Positions 19,105 through 29,104 of a stretch of 61,989 bases of DNA are shown piece by piece. Numbering within the stretch: the first letter of the stretch is position 1; each line of letters begins with the position of its first letter. The notes below the pieces were generated by a model. That model saw only the letters and a list, made by a program, of their open reading frames with translations, did no database searches and was not told the DNA's origin. This DNA comes from an uncultured Gammaproteobacteria bacterium. Its GTDB lineage: Bacteria; Patescibacteriota; Microgenomatia; UBA10105; UBA927. A program made the translations under genes and the position numbers. The stretch is taken from assembly GCA_964573695.1 (NCBI GenBank), contig CAZNKB010000007.1, positions 1 through 61,989 of the forward strand. Reading direction: 5' to 3'.

Positions 19105-19452
19105 TTAATGTATATAGGCTGCAACAATTGGATATTTGCGACGAATAATACCTGCACCCGCTATATGAAGTTCAGAAGACGCATCCCTTCCCGCAAGAAA
19201 ATGATATGGTCCTCCCGTTTGATAAAATTCTTTTCCTGCCGTGACGTCGTAAACAAATCCGTCGAGCGCCAAATATATAGGCTTATCGGCGTCTGTGCCG
19301 GAGAATTCTGAAAGCGCAGTGGCATCCAGTGTTTTGTGACCGGAAAAAGACACGGGGGCATGCTGCGATGTGGCGACAACACCACCGACAGACACCGCGA
19401 CAATCAGAGACAATGAACTATATATGAATATTCTGCTGAATCCGTAAGACAT
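19105..19452 (-). CDS. membrane-anchored cytochrome b5-like / MAPR-type heme(steroid)-binding domain protein
   Basis: The start is at MSYGFSRIF (19452). It has a TM anchor, then PIYLALDGFVYDVTAGKEFYQTGGPYHFLAGRDASSEL, which closely follows the PGRMC/MAPR signature. Confidence 0.7.
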   Translation of the reverse strand: MSYGFSRIFIYSSLSLIVAVSVGGVVATSQHAPVSFSGHKTLDATALSEFSGTDADKPIYLALDGFVYDVTAGKEFYQTGGPYHFLAGRDASSELHIAGAGIIRRKYPIVAAYIH

Positions 19453-19504
19453 ATGGGCAATCGGAAAATAGTAGAGACCTGTCGATGTCCAACACACTCC
19501 CGTG

Positions 19505-19981
19505 TTATGGCAAAGGCGTCGGTGTTACACCGGATTCCGGTTTCTCCATATAGTCTTCTGTTTCCTTTTCTTCCTGATGTGATTTCTCTTCAGAAGATTT
19601 GGATTCCATTTCATATTCTTTTCTATCATCATCTTCATCACCATCTTCGTCATCATCGTCAGATATCCTGCCGGGCAAAGCCGGTGCGATTTTGTTTGCG
19701 GCTACGCTTGTCGTTACGGGCGGCGTGACATGCTTTATCGTTGGTGTAGGCGTCAAACTCGGCGTCTTGGGAGCCACGGTTACACTTGCTTGCTCTACCG
19801 TTTCCGGTTCACTTTTGGGAACTTCCACCGACGTTGTCACCTCGGGTGACTCAGCGGAAACTGTTTTGACAATTTTATACCCGGCAACACCGCTTGTTAC
19901 GGCGGTCGCGACGGTCAGCACCCCAATCGCAATTTTTGTTCCAAACGCTTCAGAAAAACCGACAAATGGTAATTCCATCAT
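19505..19981 (-). CDS. membrane-anchored protein with an acidic low-complexity tail
   Basis: A strong SD (AAGGAGGAAAAA) lies 6 nt upstream. N-terminal TM helix, Pro/Thr-rich spacer, then a DDDDEDGDEDDD plus E/K/S-rich tail. Confidence 0.65.
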   Translation of the reverse strand: MMELPFVGFSEAFGTKIAIGVLTVATAVTSGVAGYKIVKTVSAESPEVTTSVEVPKSEPETVEQASVTVAPKTPSLTPTPTIKHVTPPVTTSVAANKIAPALPGRISDDDDEDGDEDDDRKEYEMESKSSEEKSHQEEKETEDYMEKPESGVTPTPLP

Positions 19982-20112
19982 AGTATTTTTCCTCCTTGGT
20001 TATCACTTTACGCTGTGGCGCATTAAGAGCGGATTAAGGCAAACAACAGTGCGAAAAGCGCGTATCACATACAATCTCGATTTCCGTTGCCGTATACTAC
20101 GAGTGGCATACC

Positions 20113-22059
20113 ATGTTTCAGAAACACGTCTTGTTCCTCACCATACTCATCCTGTGCGTGTACGGGACAATTGCGCTGCTCGGGCAACGCAGTATTTATG
20201 TCGCTACGGACGGAAATGACAGGAACAACGGTGCGAAATCACACCCGGTAAGGACCATACAACGTGCGGTCATACTTGCAAAACCCGGAACATCTATCGA
20301 GATTCTTCCCGGTATCTACAGGGAAACGCTCACGATATCCCAAAAAAAACGTATTCGGCTACACGGAAACACCCAAAATGGGCAGTCTGTAACGCTTACG
20401 GGAGCCGAACCTTCCGCTTCATTCACCTGGTCGTTGTGTTCCGATACGCGTTGTCCACGGTTGCAACCGGATGCGATACCACACGTGTATGTCGTAACAC
20501 TCCCATGGAATGCACCCCCTACTATTCTCACGGAACGCACCGCAGACGGCCAAGTGCACGAGCTTACCCGGGCAAGAAGCCCGAATATCAAAACAGTCAC
20601 TCCTGACAAATTTCATGAATTCTGGTGGCAAGCCGAAGGCCCTGGGCAATCCGTATCGACTCTCGTGGACAGCGCCGATCTGAAAAACTCCGCCGACGCT
20701 TCCGGCGGGCGGGCGTTTCTTATCGACGGAGCCGATCGTTGTGGAACCTACTTATATGCCCGATCGATAAAAAAACACGACCGTGCAAACGGCACACTTA
20801 CCATGGATGCACCGATAGGAGCGCTCACGTATGGAAATCAGGAAAACGGCGTGAGCCAATATACCAAATATTTTATTGATAACACGATCGGACTGCTGGA
20901 TTCTCCGGGCGAATGGTATTACGACGCTGCCCTTCAGCAACTGTACCTATGGCCGCTGGAAGAGAAAAATCCCCAGACGTTATCTATAGAAATTGGCAAG
21001 CGGGACACGGGAATACTTCTCAGCGGATCAACTATAGCGATAGACAACATGAGTATAACCACAATCAACGACCACGACTACTTCACCCATCCTACAGGCG
21101 CGATTGTTATGAATACGGATTCTAAGATTCAGAACATACGGCTCACGCGTTTGACCGTCGAGTTTTCTGGATCCGGAGTGTACGCCCAAACGGTTGGCAA
21201 CGGCCATATACAAAATATCCATATGGATTCCCTGAAAATAAGCGGCATCGCAAAATCCTCCGTTTCGTTTTTGGGGTCACCCACATCTTCAGCATCGATC
21301 GACAACGTTCGGATGATACGCTCGGATATCTCCACGTCAGGCTTTCCGTTTAACGAGCCGGCAATTTCTTTTACCCGCGTTTCTCGTGTCAACGTCGCCG
21401 AGAATACCGTGCGGGACGTCGCGAGTTACGGGATTCACGTAACGGGATATGAAAAGTCGCCTACCGTTTTACCGGGTATAACCATAACCGGAAATTCCGT
21501 TTCCCACGCATGCCAAAATGCTTCCGGGTGTGCGGCAATCAAAATATTCGGCGGAACATTCTCACAAGCGACAATAAGCCGCAATACAGTGCGGGACCAG
21601 CTCGGATGGAGCTACTGTAAGGAAGCCAAAGAAAATACCCCCGGCTATGCTATCGGGATATTTGTAAGTAACGCCAGCGGTATTCGTGTCACAAGAAATC
21701 ATGCAAGGACTAACAGCGGACCAGCGTATCTGGCATTTACCAGGCAAATTCCCGCCGTAGACAATTCTTTCGAATACAACAACGCCGAGAGAAACCAATC
21801 GGGAATAGTGCTACAAGGAGCACAAAACGACATGGATACGGACGCTTTGGCAAACGCCACGCGTCATGACCGAACCTCAATTACTCACAATATGCTCAAA
21901 GGAAATCAAACAGGACTCATCCTGGATCCGGCGCACCCGGATTCCGTAAATGTTATCGGTAATATATATACGAATAATACGGTGGCGCTCGAATCCCGTG
22001 GAATCATCATAAGCACCCCCTCCGCGATTATTACGACATTCCCCTACTGGCGACAGTAA
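20113..22059 (+). CDS. secreted right-handed parallel beta-helix repeat protein (DUF1565/pectate-lyase-fold)
   Basis: Signal/TM N-terminus. The opening YVATDGNDRNNGAKSHPVRTIQRAV is typical of DUF1565 and is followed by repetitive G/N/I-rich beta-helix turns. Confidence 0.7.
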   Translation: MFQKHVLFLTILILCVYGTIALLGQRSIYVATDGNDRNNGAKSHPVRTIQRAVILAKPGTSIEILPGIYRETLTISQKKRIRLHGNTQNGQSVTLTGAEPSASFTWSLCSDTRCPRLQPDAIPHVYVVTLPWNAPPTILTERTADGQVHELTRARSPNIKTVTPDKFHEFWWQAEGPGQSVSTLVDSADLKNSADASGGRAFLIDGADRCGTYLYARSIKKHDRANGTLTMDAPIGALTYGNQENGVSQYTKYFIDNTIGLLDSPGEWYYDAALQQLYLWPLEEKNPQTLSIEIGKRDTGILLSGSTIAIDNMSITTINDHDYFTHPTGAIVMNTDSKIQNIRLTRLTVEFSGSGVYAQTVGNGHIQNIHMDSLKISGIAKSSVSFLGSPTSSASIDNVRMIRSDISTSGFPFNEPAISFTRVSRVNVAENTVRDVASYGIHVTGYEKSPTVLPGITITGNSVSHACQNASGCAAIKIFGGTFSQATISRNTVRDQLGWSYCKEAKENTPGYAIGIFVSNASGIRVTRNHARTNSGPAYLAFTRQIPAVDNSFEYNNAERNQSGIVLQGAQNDMDTDALANATRHDRTSITHNMLKGNQTGLILDPAHPDSVNVIGNIYTNNTVALESRGIIISTPSAIITTFPYWRQ

Positions 22060-22071
22060 ATGCGCCGTATG

Positions 22072-23574
22072 CTAAAAATATCCGCTTCGTATCAAATTTT
22101 TCTTATCTTCTTCATTTAACCAGGTGGGGAGCGGATCGGAAGGACCTATGTGTTTGGGAAACGTCTCCTGCAGCTCTTTATATTTTCTCAGAAGAGAATC
22201 GACAATAACCTTGTTGTTTTTGAATATATTGGTTAGCTCACCGGGGTCCTTTACCCGGTCATATAACTCCAGTTGAAAAGCTCCATTGCGTATTCGCCTG
22301 ATGAGCGTATAGTTTCCGGTCCGCAAAGAAATGGCTCCGTCGCTTACGTGCTCCGAGATAACCATGTCGTGAACTTTTTTTGAAAATACGTTATATCCGG
22401 CTACCGGAATCCTGAGTTTTTTCCCAATCACGCCATAGACCGTCGGAACGATATCGACAAGCGATACGAGTGTATCCGATCTGTCGGCTTTACTATTGGG
22501 AACATACACAATAAACGGAACGTGAAGCACTTCGTCATACAGAGACCACCCATGAGAGTATGACGTGTGTTCGAAAAACTCATCTCCCTGATCACCGACA
22601 ATGACGACAACCGTATTTTCTAACCATTTGTGTGTATCAAGGTAAGCAAAAAATTTTCCGAGCTCTCTATCCAACATATGTATCTGAGCGACATAAAGAG
22701 CGTGTGTGTATCGCGCCCGCTCCTCAACGGGTAAATCGGCGAACTGTTCCCAGTATTTGTTGTTGAATATCGTATATGTATCGTCATAATCTCTATAATT
22801 GCCTACATCATGATACTGGTATTGATCCAGCCTGTCGCAATACGACCCGGATATCTTTCCTAATGTACGAATCAGATCCGGGTGAATTTGTGTAAGTTTT
22901 TCATATGTCACTGCGCATAAATCCTCGTAGTTCATATCTTTGCGTTGCGCACCGGTATAAAACATCTTCAAATCCTCCGGATCGGGCATATATGGTTCGT
23001 GCGCTGCGTAGGTATGCATCATGATAAACGACGGCTGCTTGAGTACGCCCGCCTGCGTCGAAATGGATTCCATGGTTTTTATCCATGCTTGCGGCTCGTC
23101 TGCATCGAACGTTTTGTCAAATCCACGTTCCAATCCTCGCGTCAGCGGGAGATGCGGGTCAGCGGGCGGACCGAAAAAATAAGTGCGGTATCCGTCTTTC
23201 TTGAGTAACTCGGCAAGTGTTGTCACATCCGAAGGCAGTTTGCTGGCGTACGGCAATGTCATCGTATGTGAACTCGGATATAAACCGGTCACCATGGAAA
23301 AATGACTATCCTGCGTTCTCGATGCGGTTGCATACGCATTGGAAAATACATATGCCTTGGACGCAAACGCACAGAGATTCGGTGCGGTATCTTGAGAATA
23401 TCCAAAACAAGGCAGGCTTTTCGCTCGTACCTGATCCAGGGATATGACGATGACATTGCATCCTTTACACACGGGGTGCTTCGTCAATAATCCAGCTTTC
23501 GTTATCCCTATGACACCGATAACGACCAGACCCAATAAAGCCGAGAGAAATATTTTTTTCCTTCCCGAAAACAT
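22072..23574 (-). CDS. sulfatase-like hydrolase/transferase (alkaline-phosphatase superfamily), membrane-anchored
   Basis: VIVISLDQVRA (metal-binding Asp), SRTQDSHFSMVTGLYPS (nucleophile region, no CxPxR) and VVVIVGDQGDEF. The start is uncertain: ATG at 23574, 23586 or 23622. Confidence 0.7.
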   Translation of the reverse strand: MFSGRKKIFLSALLGLVVIGVIGITKAGLLTKHPVCKGCNVIVISLDQVRAKSLPCFGYSQDTAPNLCAFASKAYVFSNAYATASRTQDSHFSMVTGLYPSSHTMTLPYASKLPSDVTTLAELLKKDGYRTYFFGPPADPHLPLTRGLERGFDKTFDADEPQAWIKTMESISTQAGVLKQPSFIMMHTYAAHEPYMPDPEDLKMFYTGAQRKDMNYEDLCAVTYEKLTQIHPDLIRTLGKISGSYCDRLDQYQYHDVGNYRDYDDTYTIFNNKYWEQFADLPVEERARYTHALYVAQIHMLDRELGKFFAYLDTHKWLENTVVVIVGDQGDEFFEHTSYSHGWSLYDEVLHVPFIVYVPNSKADRSDTLVSLVDIVPTVYGVIGKKLRIPVAGYNVFSKKVHDMVISEHVSDGAISLRTGNYTLIRRIRNGAFQLELYDRVKDPGELTNIFKNNKVIVDSLLRKYKELQETFPKHIGPSDPLPTWLNEEDKKNLIRSGYF

Positions 23575-23642
23575 GTATCCTCTCATTCTATTAATCACCG
23601 TATGCAACTTCAAGGGCGGCACATATCCGAACGCCTCCGCGT

Positions 23643-24035
23643 GTGGGAAAAACAGTGCAGGTGTCTGATATACTTATTGCACGTATGGCCGGACCCAAAC
23701 ATATTACCGATATCCTCACGGAGATTACGCACGGGGGAACGACACACCAAAAACGCCTTGTAACAGTCGATGAGCATCATACCGGTGATGTTGCGACTAT
23801 AAATTATGCCTGGCTCGAGGTGGGAAAGCAGCTCACCATCCATGCGCATCCCGACGGGGAGGAATTTTACTTCTTTTTGGAGGGAAACGGAAAAATTCTG
23901 GCGGGAAACTCATGGTTTACCGTCAGCAAGGGAAGTTTTGTCATTATCCCTCAAGCCAAAAATCATAGTGTCAAAAATACCGGCAACATTATTCTCGCAT
24001 TCCTTACCGTTCGAACGGTGAATTCCTATCATTGA
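23643..24035 (+). CDS. cupin domain protein
   Basis: The cupin motifs are HAHPDGEEFYFFLEGNG and FVIIPQAKNHSVKN. It has a GTG start, which is uncertain. Confidence 0.7.
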   Translation: MGKTVQVSDILIARMAGPKHITDILTEITHGGTTHQKRLVTVDEHHTGDVATINYAWLEVGKQLTIHAHPDGEEFYFFLEGNGKILAGNSWFTVSKGSFVIIPQAKNHSVKNTGNIILAFLTVRTVNSYH

Positions 24036-25405
24036 ATCAGACCTTTCACCACATGTTCCTGCCTGAGTTTTTCAAGCGAGGTCTGGTACGCACTGACTCC
24101 CTCGATCACTTTTTTTCCGTCTCCCAACCGGGTATTGTTTTGCCAAAAAGAAATAGTGAGGCTCCCCTCTTCTCCTTGTAAGGATTGCAAATCAGAAACA
24201 AATTTCGCATCGGAAAGGGCTGACTTGGATACGCTAGTCGCCAGCTGATTCTGAAACACGTTTATATCGGCGGCAGTGAGCGTATTATTCTCTCCCTTCT
24301 CTACCACGGTGTTTGCTCCCGTAACCAATGTCTGCAATATATCAGACTGTGCCACAAAATACGTCGTGGCCGCTTCCAATACTTTGATATTATGCGCGTG
24401 GTACTGTGAGGAAGCCATGGGTAGGGATTCATTCGGAACGCTGGCAAGTTTTTCGGAAAGTTTTTTCATGTCCTGCATATCTTTATGCGCCTGATCCAAA
24501 AAAACCTGCACCTGAGTAAGCAGGGTTTTGGCGGCTGTTGAATTACCAGACTCCATTACTGCACCGAATCCATTTCCTGCCGACGCTATCGCACTCTTAA
24601 ACGACGTGATCTTGGTGTTCATGTCAATGATGACATCGCTTAACAGCTGGTAATAGTCTGCGATTTTTTTTGCTTCTGCAAAATATCCCATGGCCGAAAT
24701 TTTAATCGGGCCGCTTCCGGAAATTTTCCCTTTGGCACCCGAAGGAAGCATGGGGAGAGATTGTGTGAGTGTGACAACCTGAGCCATAGCCGCCTGCCCC
24801 TTACTCACCGATTCGCCTGCCTTTACTGTTTCGGTTTTTAGCGATCTGAAATTTTGAACATATGCATCTTCTGTCGAAACCGCACCGAGGACATCCTGGG
24901 GTAATTTCATCGCCGTGCGCATTGATCCATAGAGCCCTTTGGCAATCTGACGCATTCCATTTTCAATAATCGCTTTTTGTCCCAATCGCACTGAGGCTCC
25001 CAAAATCGCCGCACTGTTGGCAAGCCCCGCTATGTCCGGATGGATAAGTATTCCCGTCGTCTGCAAATTTGGCTTTGGCACGGTTTTTTCCTGTTCTGTC
25101 GCTAATGCATAAATTGTGTCCAGATTAGTGATAACGTCGTTAGTGGCCGATTTTAACGTGGTAATATGTGGCTTGAGCTGGTCGACAAGGCGTACTGTGT
25201 TTTGACGCGGCAGCACGTATAACCCATACACCCCAACCACAGCGATGATGAGTATAAGACTGACAACGACGAAAATAACGGGCATCGCGCTTCCCGACGG
25301 CTTCATTTCTTTTTCTGTCGCAACTGCCACTGGCGGAATAATAAGCGACTCATCAATATAGCGAGGCGTAGGCGTGGACGGCAAAGGGGGTTGGGATTGT
25401 GGCAT
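24029..25405 (-). CDS. hypothetical membrane-anchored extracytoplasmic protein (helical/coiled)
   Basis: 458 aa with a Pro-rich N-terminus, one TM helix (VIFVVVSLILIIAVVGVYGLYV) and a long Ala/Gln/Lys-rich helical region. No family recognised. Confidence 0.55.
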   Translation of the reverse strand: MPQSQPPLPSTPTPRYIDESLIIPPVAVATEKEMKPSGSAMPVIFVVVSLILIIAVVGVYGLYVLPRQNTVRLVDQLKPHITTLKSATNDVITNLDTIYALATEQEKTVPKPNLQTTGILIHPDIAGLANSAAILGASVRLGQKAIIENGMRQIAKGLYGSMRTAMKLPQDVLGAVSTEDAYVQNFRSLKTETVKAGESVSKGQAAMAQVVTLTQSLPMLPSGAKGKISGSGPIKISAMGYFAEAKKIADYYQLLSDVIIDMNTKITSFKSAIASAGNGFGAVMESGNSTAAKTLLTQVQVFLDQAHKDMQDMKKLSEKLASVPNESLPMASSQYHAHNIKVLEAATTYFVAQSDILQTLVTGANTVVEKGENNTLTAADINVFQNQLATSVSKSALSDAKFVSDLQSLQGEEGSLTISFWQNNTRLGDGKKVIEGVSAYQTSLEKLRQEHVVKGLIQ

Positions 25406-25413
25406 GACGTTTT

Positions 25414-25441
25414 GATTATCATCAAATCACTACCGATAATC
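25414..25441. promoter_or_regulatory. inverted repeat with Fur-box-like hexamers in the divergent intergenic region upstream of the iron permease
   Basis: GATTATC (25414-25420) and GATAATC (25435-25441) are inverted and 14 nt apart. Each arm contains the GATAAT/ATTATC hexamer of the Fur box consensus. Confidence 0.3.
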
Positions 25442-25623
25442 AATGCTATTTCAGAGATACTTGCCTCCCGACACAATAATTGGTATGGTATCTTACATGA
25501 GTTCATTGTTTTTCTCGTAAAGGGAGCTCGTATCGCTGGGGATCGCTCCCGTCCTCACCAAAAAATAGGCAAACGGCCTTGCAGCCCAGGGGTCGTTTTT
25601 TTATGCAATAAGGGAGAACTTCT

Positions 25624-26454
25624 ATGATTGCCGCCTTTCTTATCACGTTCCGTGAGGTCATCGAGGCATCACTTATTGTCGCCACCATACTCGGAATTCT
25701 CACGAAGTTATCACGGACAAAAAGTGTCCGTACCGTTTGGGTGGCGACGTTCCTCGCAGCCGCACACAGTGTCGCGCTCCTTGCTCTTGCAAGCGCACTC
25801 GGCATCAAAGTTCAGGAAGTATACTCCGGCAAAATCGAAGAATTTGTCGAGGGAATACTTATGGCAGTCTCCGCGTTATTCATCACTTGGGCAGTTTTTT
25901 CTCTCCATACGTATTTTGCCCAGTATAAAACCCACTTATTGGTGAAAATACGCAACATCGTTGAACAAAACGAGCAAAAAGCGCTGTTTTGGCTCGTGTT
26001 CACGGCCGTGTTTCGCGAAGGATTCGAGATCGTATTGTTTTTGTCCACAATCTTGGTTTCGTCCAACCCGACAGAAATATTTACCGGATTTGCGGGAGGA
26101 TTAATCGGCGGCCTGATGCTATCATTTGGACTGTTTGCTGCGACGCTTAGGCTACCGGTCATTGCGGCATTTCGCGTTACGAGTGCCCTGCTTATCCTGT
26201 TTGCGGCGGGCTTATTTTCCCGAGGCGTTCATGAGTTTACTGAGGCTGGTTTATTGCCGGAGCTATCCAAAATTACGATTGCGTTCATCCCTGCAAAAGC
26301 AACACTTGCCGGCGATATGATAAAAACTGTCTTTGGTCTCACCCGGACTATGGACGTCACGCAGCTTATTACATACGGAGGATATGTCGCCTACATGACC
26401 TGGTGGGTTTTTCTCAAACGGACAAAACCCGCGAACACTGAAGTTGCAGACTAG
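25624..26454 (+). CDS. FTR1/EfeU-family high-affinity iron permease
   Basis: 276 aa, 7 TM, with two REXXE-type motifs (REVIE in TM1, REGFE in TM4). An SD (AGGGAG) lies 7 nt upstream. Confidence 0.85.
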   Translation: MIAAFLITFREVIEASLIVATILGILTKLSRTKSVRTVWVATFLAAAHSVALLALASALGIKVQEVYSGKIEEFVEGILMAVSALFITWAVFSLHTYFAQYKTHLLVKIRNIVEQNEQKALFWLVFTAVFREGFEIVLFLSTILVSSNPTEIFTGFAGGLIGGLMLSFGLFAATLRLPVIAAFRVTSALLILFAAGLFSRGVHEFTEAGLLPELSKITIAFIPAKATLAGDMIKTVFGLTRTMDVTQLITYGGYVAYMTWWVFLKRTKPANTEVAD

Positions 26455-26551
26455 CCCTCATTACTGGTATACTAGCGCGTATCGTCAATGGCCGTGTAGG
26501 TAGGTCACTATCCGTATCCTTGCCCAATCACCCCGTTAGCGAACTCCGAAT

Positions 26552-28387
26552 ATGCATCAGGATATCCGAAATATTGCTATTATCGCTCACGTGGATCACG
26601 GTAAAACGACCCTTGTGGATGGCATGCTCAAACAAACACATACCTTCCGTGAAAATCAGGCGGAAATGACCGCCACCACTATTCTCGACAGTAACGACCT
26701 GGAGCGGGAAAAGGGAATCACCATTCTTGCCAAAAACACATCCGTTCTCTATCGCACGACAAAAATCAACATTATCGACACTCCCGGACACTCGGACTTC
26801 TCGGGAGAAGTGGAGCGAGTCATCAACATGGCGGACGGAGCGCTCCTGATTGTCGACGCAGCTGAAGGGCCGTTACCGCAAACGCACTTTGTGTTGCAGC
26901 AGGCTCTGGCGCATAACCTCACCGTCGTAGTCGTCATCAACAAAATCGACCGTAAAGACGCGCGTCCAAAAGAAGTTCTCCATGAAATAGAAGGGCTCTT
27001 CCTCCATTTGGCGCATCATGAAGGACATTTGAATTTTCCCGTACTTTATGCGGTCGGTCGGGAAGAAAAAGCGTGGGATCATTATCCCGATTCACTCGAA
27101 GAACCAGCCAATCTACAGCCATTGTTTGATGCCATTATTACGCATATACCGGCTCCCAAGGGAGATCCGGAAAAACCGTTTAAAATGCTGGTGACCACGC
27201 TTGATTTTGACAGCCACAAAGGGAAATTTGCCATAGGAAAAGTCAGTCAGGGACGCGTCCACAAGGGTGATCCCCTGCTTGTTCTGGATGAAAACGAGGC
27301 GCGCACAACATTCCGAGTGGAAAATGTATTTACCAGCGAAGGCTTGAAGCGCATACCTGCGGAAACGGGAGAAACCGGCGATATCATCGCAATCACCGGA
27401 AGCAACGCAATCGCGATAGGCCAAACGCTCGCGGATCCTGCGGATCCGACAGGGTATCCCACTATAGAGATAGAAGAGCCCACCCTTAAAGTGCTCGTCG
27501 GCCCGAACACCTCCCCATTTGCCGGCAAAGAATCGAAATTCGGCACTCCGACACAGCTGGCCGACCGCCTGAACCGGGAAATTCAGACAAATGTGGGTCT
27601 TAAAATCGAACCGAGCCCGACAAGTAACGGATTTCTCGTATCCGGCCGCGGAGAACTGCATATTGCCGTACTTTTGGAAACCATGCGACGCGAGGGGTTT
27701 GAGTGTCAGGTAGGCAAACCGGAAGTCATCGTCAAGGAAATAGACGGGGTAGCTCATGAACCGTACGAGGAGTTGACGATCGAACTTGACTCAAGCTTGA
27801 TAGGTATCATCACGGAAGAAATGGGCAAGCGTCACGGAGAGCTCCTCGATACGCATACCAATGACCGCGGAACGACAAAAATGGTCTATAAAATTTCCAC
27901 CAGAAACCTGCTGGGGTTCCGGGGAGACATCATGACCAAAACCCGGGGAAGCGGCATTATCGCAACCAGGATAATCGGTTATTTCCCACTTACTCCTAAA
28001 AAAGCCAAGGCACGAAACGGTGTTCTTGTCTCGATCGAAACCGGCAAATCCACAGGGTACGCGCTCACGACCGTGCAGGAGCGCGGTAAAGCGCTCATTG
28101 GTCCCGGAGTCCCCGTATACGAAGGTATGATTATCGGCATCAACAATAGAAACGAAGACATAGATATAAACGTGTGCAAATCCAAACGGCTTACCAATAT
28201 TCACTCGGCAAACGCCGATGTCGCCATACAATTAGACCCGCCGTTCGAGATGAGTTTGGAACAGGCCCTGGACTTTATCGAGGACGACGAGCTTCTGGAG
28301 GTAACACCGCTATCTCTCCGGCTTCGTAAAATTCATCTTTCCAAAGTAAACCGCGTCAAAGCATCGCGTGGCTCCGATGCCTCGTAA
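26552..28387 (+). CDS. typA: translational GTPase TypA/BipA
   Basis: 611 aa. G1-G4 motifs are [14 protein letters not shown] and NKID. The domain order is EF-G-like with the BipA-specific C-terminus. Confidence 0.95.
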   Translation: MHQDIRNIAIIAHVDHGKTTLVDGMLKQTHTFRENQAEMTATTILDSNDLEREKGITILAKNTSVLYRTTKINIIDTPGHSDFSGEVERVINMADGALLIVDAAEGPLPQTHFVLQQALAHNLTVVVVINKIDRKDARPKEVLHEIEGLFLHLAHHEGHLNFPVLYAVGREEKAWDHYPDSLEEPANLQPLFDAIITHIPAPKGDPEKPFKMLVTTLDFDSHKGKFAIGKVSQGRVHKGDPLLVLDENEARTTFRVENVFTSEGLKRIPAETGETGDIIAITGSNAIAIGQTLADPADPTGYPTIEIEEPTLKVLVGPNTSPFAGKESKFGTPTQLADRLNREIQTNVGLKIEPSPTSNGFLVSGRGELHIAVLLETMRREGFECQVGKPEVIVKEIDGVAHEPYEELTIELDSSLIGIITEEMGKRHGELLDTHTNDRGTTKMVYKISTRNLLGFRGDIMTKTRGSGIIATRIIGYFPLTPKKAKARNGVLVSIETGKSTGYALTTVQERGKALIGPGVPVYEGMIIGINNRNEDIDINVCKSKRLTNIHSANADVAIQLDPPFEMSLEQALDFIEDDELLEVTPLSLRLRKIHLSKVNRVKASRGSDAS

Positions 28388-28508
28388 TTTTGCCACATAT
28401 CCCCCTCACCTGGTTGATCTTCTTGCGAGTCTAACTCTCACCAGCCCTTCTTGAGAAACGACGCGCGCCTAACGCCCGCCGTTAGTCATCCGATCCGGAT
28501 AAAAATCC

Positions 28509-28536
28509 AAAAACCCCGCTTCCGCGGGGCTTTTGG
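28509..28536. terminator. bidirectional rho-independent terminator between typA and the pilin gene
   Basis: Stem CCCCGC(28514-19)/GCGGGG(28524-29) with loop TTCC. It is flanked by an A-run upstream and a T-run downstream, so a U-tract follows the hairpin on either strand. Confidence 0.7.
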
Positions 28537-28557
28537 TTAATACGCTCGTTTCCTCTT

Positions 28558-29016
28558 TTACCTGGTTACCGAGATAACAGCGCTGTTATCTGTCGTGGGA
28601 GCGCTCACCGTAATCCGGTTTGCCGCATCCCTGGCTATGTTATAGCCGGTATTCCAGCCTCCTACTGCCGCGCAGTCAGTGATATTGGCGGTGTTAAGTG
28701 CCGGGTCTGTTGGAAGCGCCGGCAAATAATTCGTCATCAACTGTCCGCACAAATTCGGGAAGTTCGTCGAATTAAACAGGGTAGCTGTACCTGCTACTAA
28801 TCCGCTTACTTCTCCGGGAAGTTGTCCCTGATTTTCCGCGACGTACTGATGTACGGCGTTTAATACCTGCAACACATCACTTCGGCGTTTCGTGTTATTT
28901 GCCTGACCGAATTGACGGGCCGGATTAATGGCAATTAACGTAATTGCCAGCAATATGGCCAAAATACCGATAACAACAAGTAGCTCGATGAGCGTAAACC
29001 CTTTTTTATGTTTCAT
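28558..29016 (-). CDS. type IV (major) pilin
   Basis: MKHKKG/FTLIELLVVIGILAIL is a class III signal with Gly-1, Phe+1 and Glu+5. 152 aa with its own promoter and an AAGGAGGGG SD. Confidence 0.9.
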   Translation of the reverse strand: MKHKKGFTLIELLVVIGILAILLAITLIAINPARQFGQANNTKRRSDVLQVLNAVHQYVAENQGQLPGEVSGLVAGTATLFNSTNFPNLCGQLMTNYLPALPTDPALNTANITDCAAVGGWNTGYNIARDAANRITVSAPTTDNSAVISVTR

Positions 29017-29059
29017 AGGCAGAGTCCCCTCCTTAGGACCATAAATTCACTACTTATTT

Positions 29060-29088
29060 AGCATAAGAGAGCTACACGATGTTGTCAA
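29060..29088 (-). promoter_or_regulatory. sigma70-type promoter for the major pilin gene
   Basis: On the minus strand: TTGACA (29088-29083), 17 nt, TATGCT (29065-29060). A strong SD follows at 29034-29026. Confidence 0.55.
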
Positions 29089-29104
29089 GGCCAACAGAAA
29101 ATAT

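Noticed and set aside
19599-20219. 206-aa plus-strand ORF (Ser-rich, SSSSSPSSSSSS)
   Set aside because: It is the antisense mirror of the acidic low-complexity gene at 19505-19981, which has a strong SD and a TM anchor. It also runs into the 5' end of the beta-helix gene and has no start context of its own.
27113-27757. 214-aa minus-strand ORF, and several others between 26.5 and 28.3 kb
   Set aside because: They are antisense shadow ORFs inside typA, whose identity is unambiguous.
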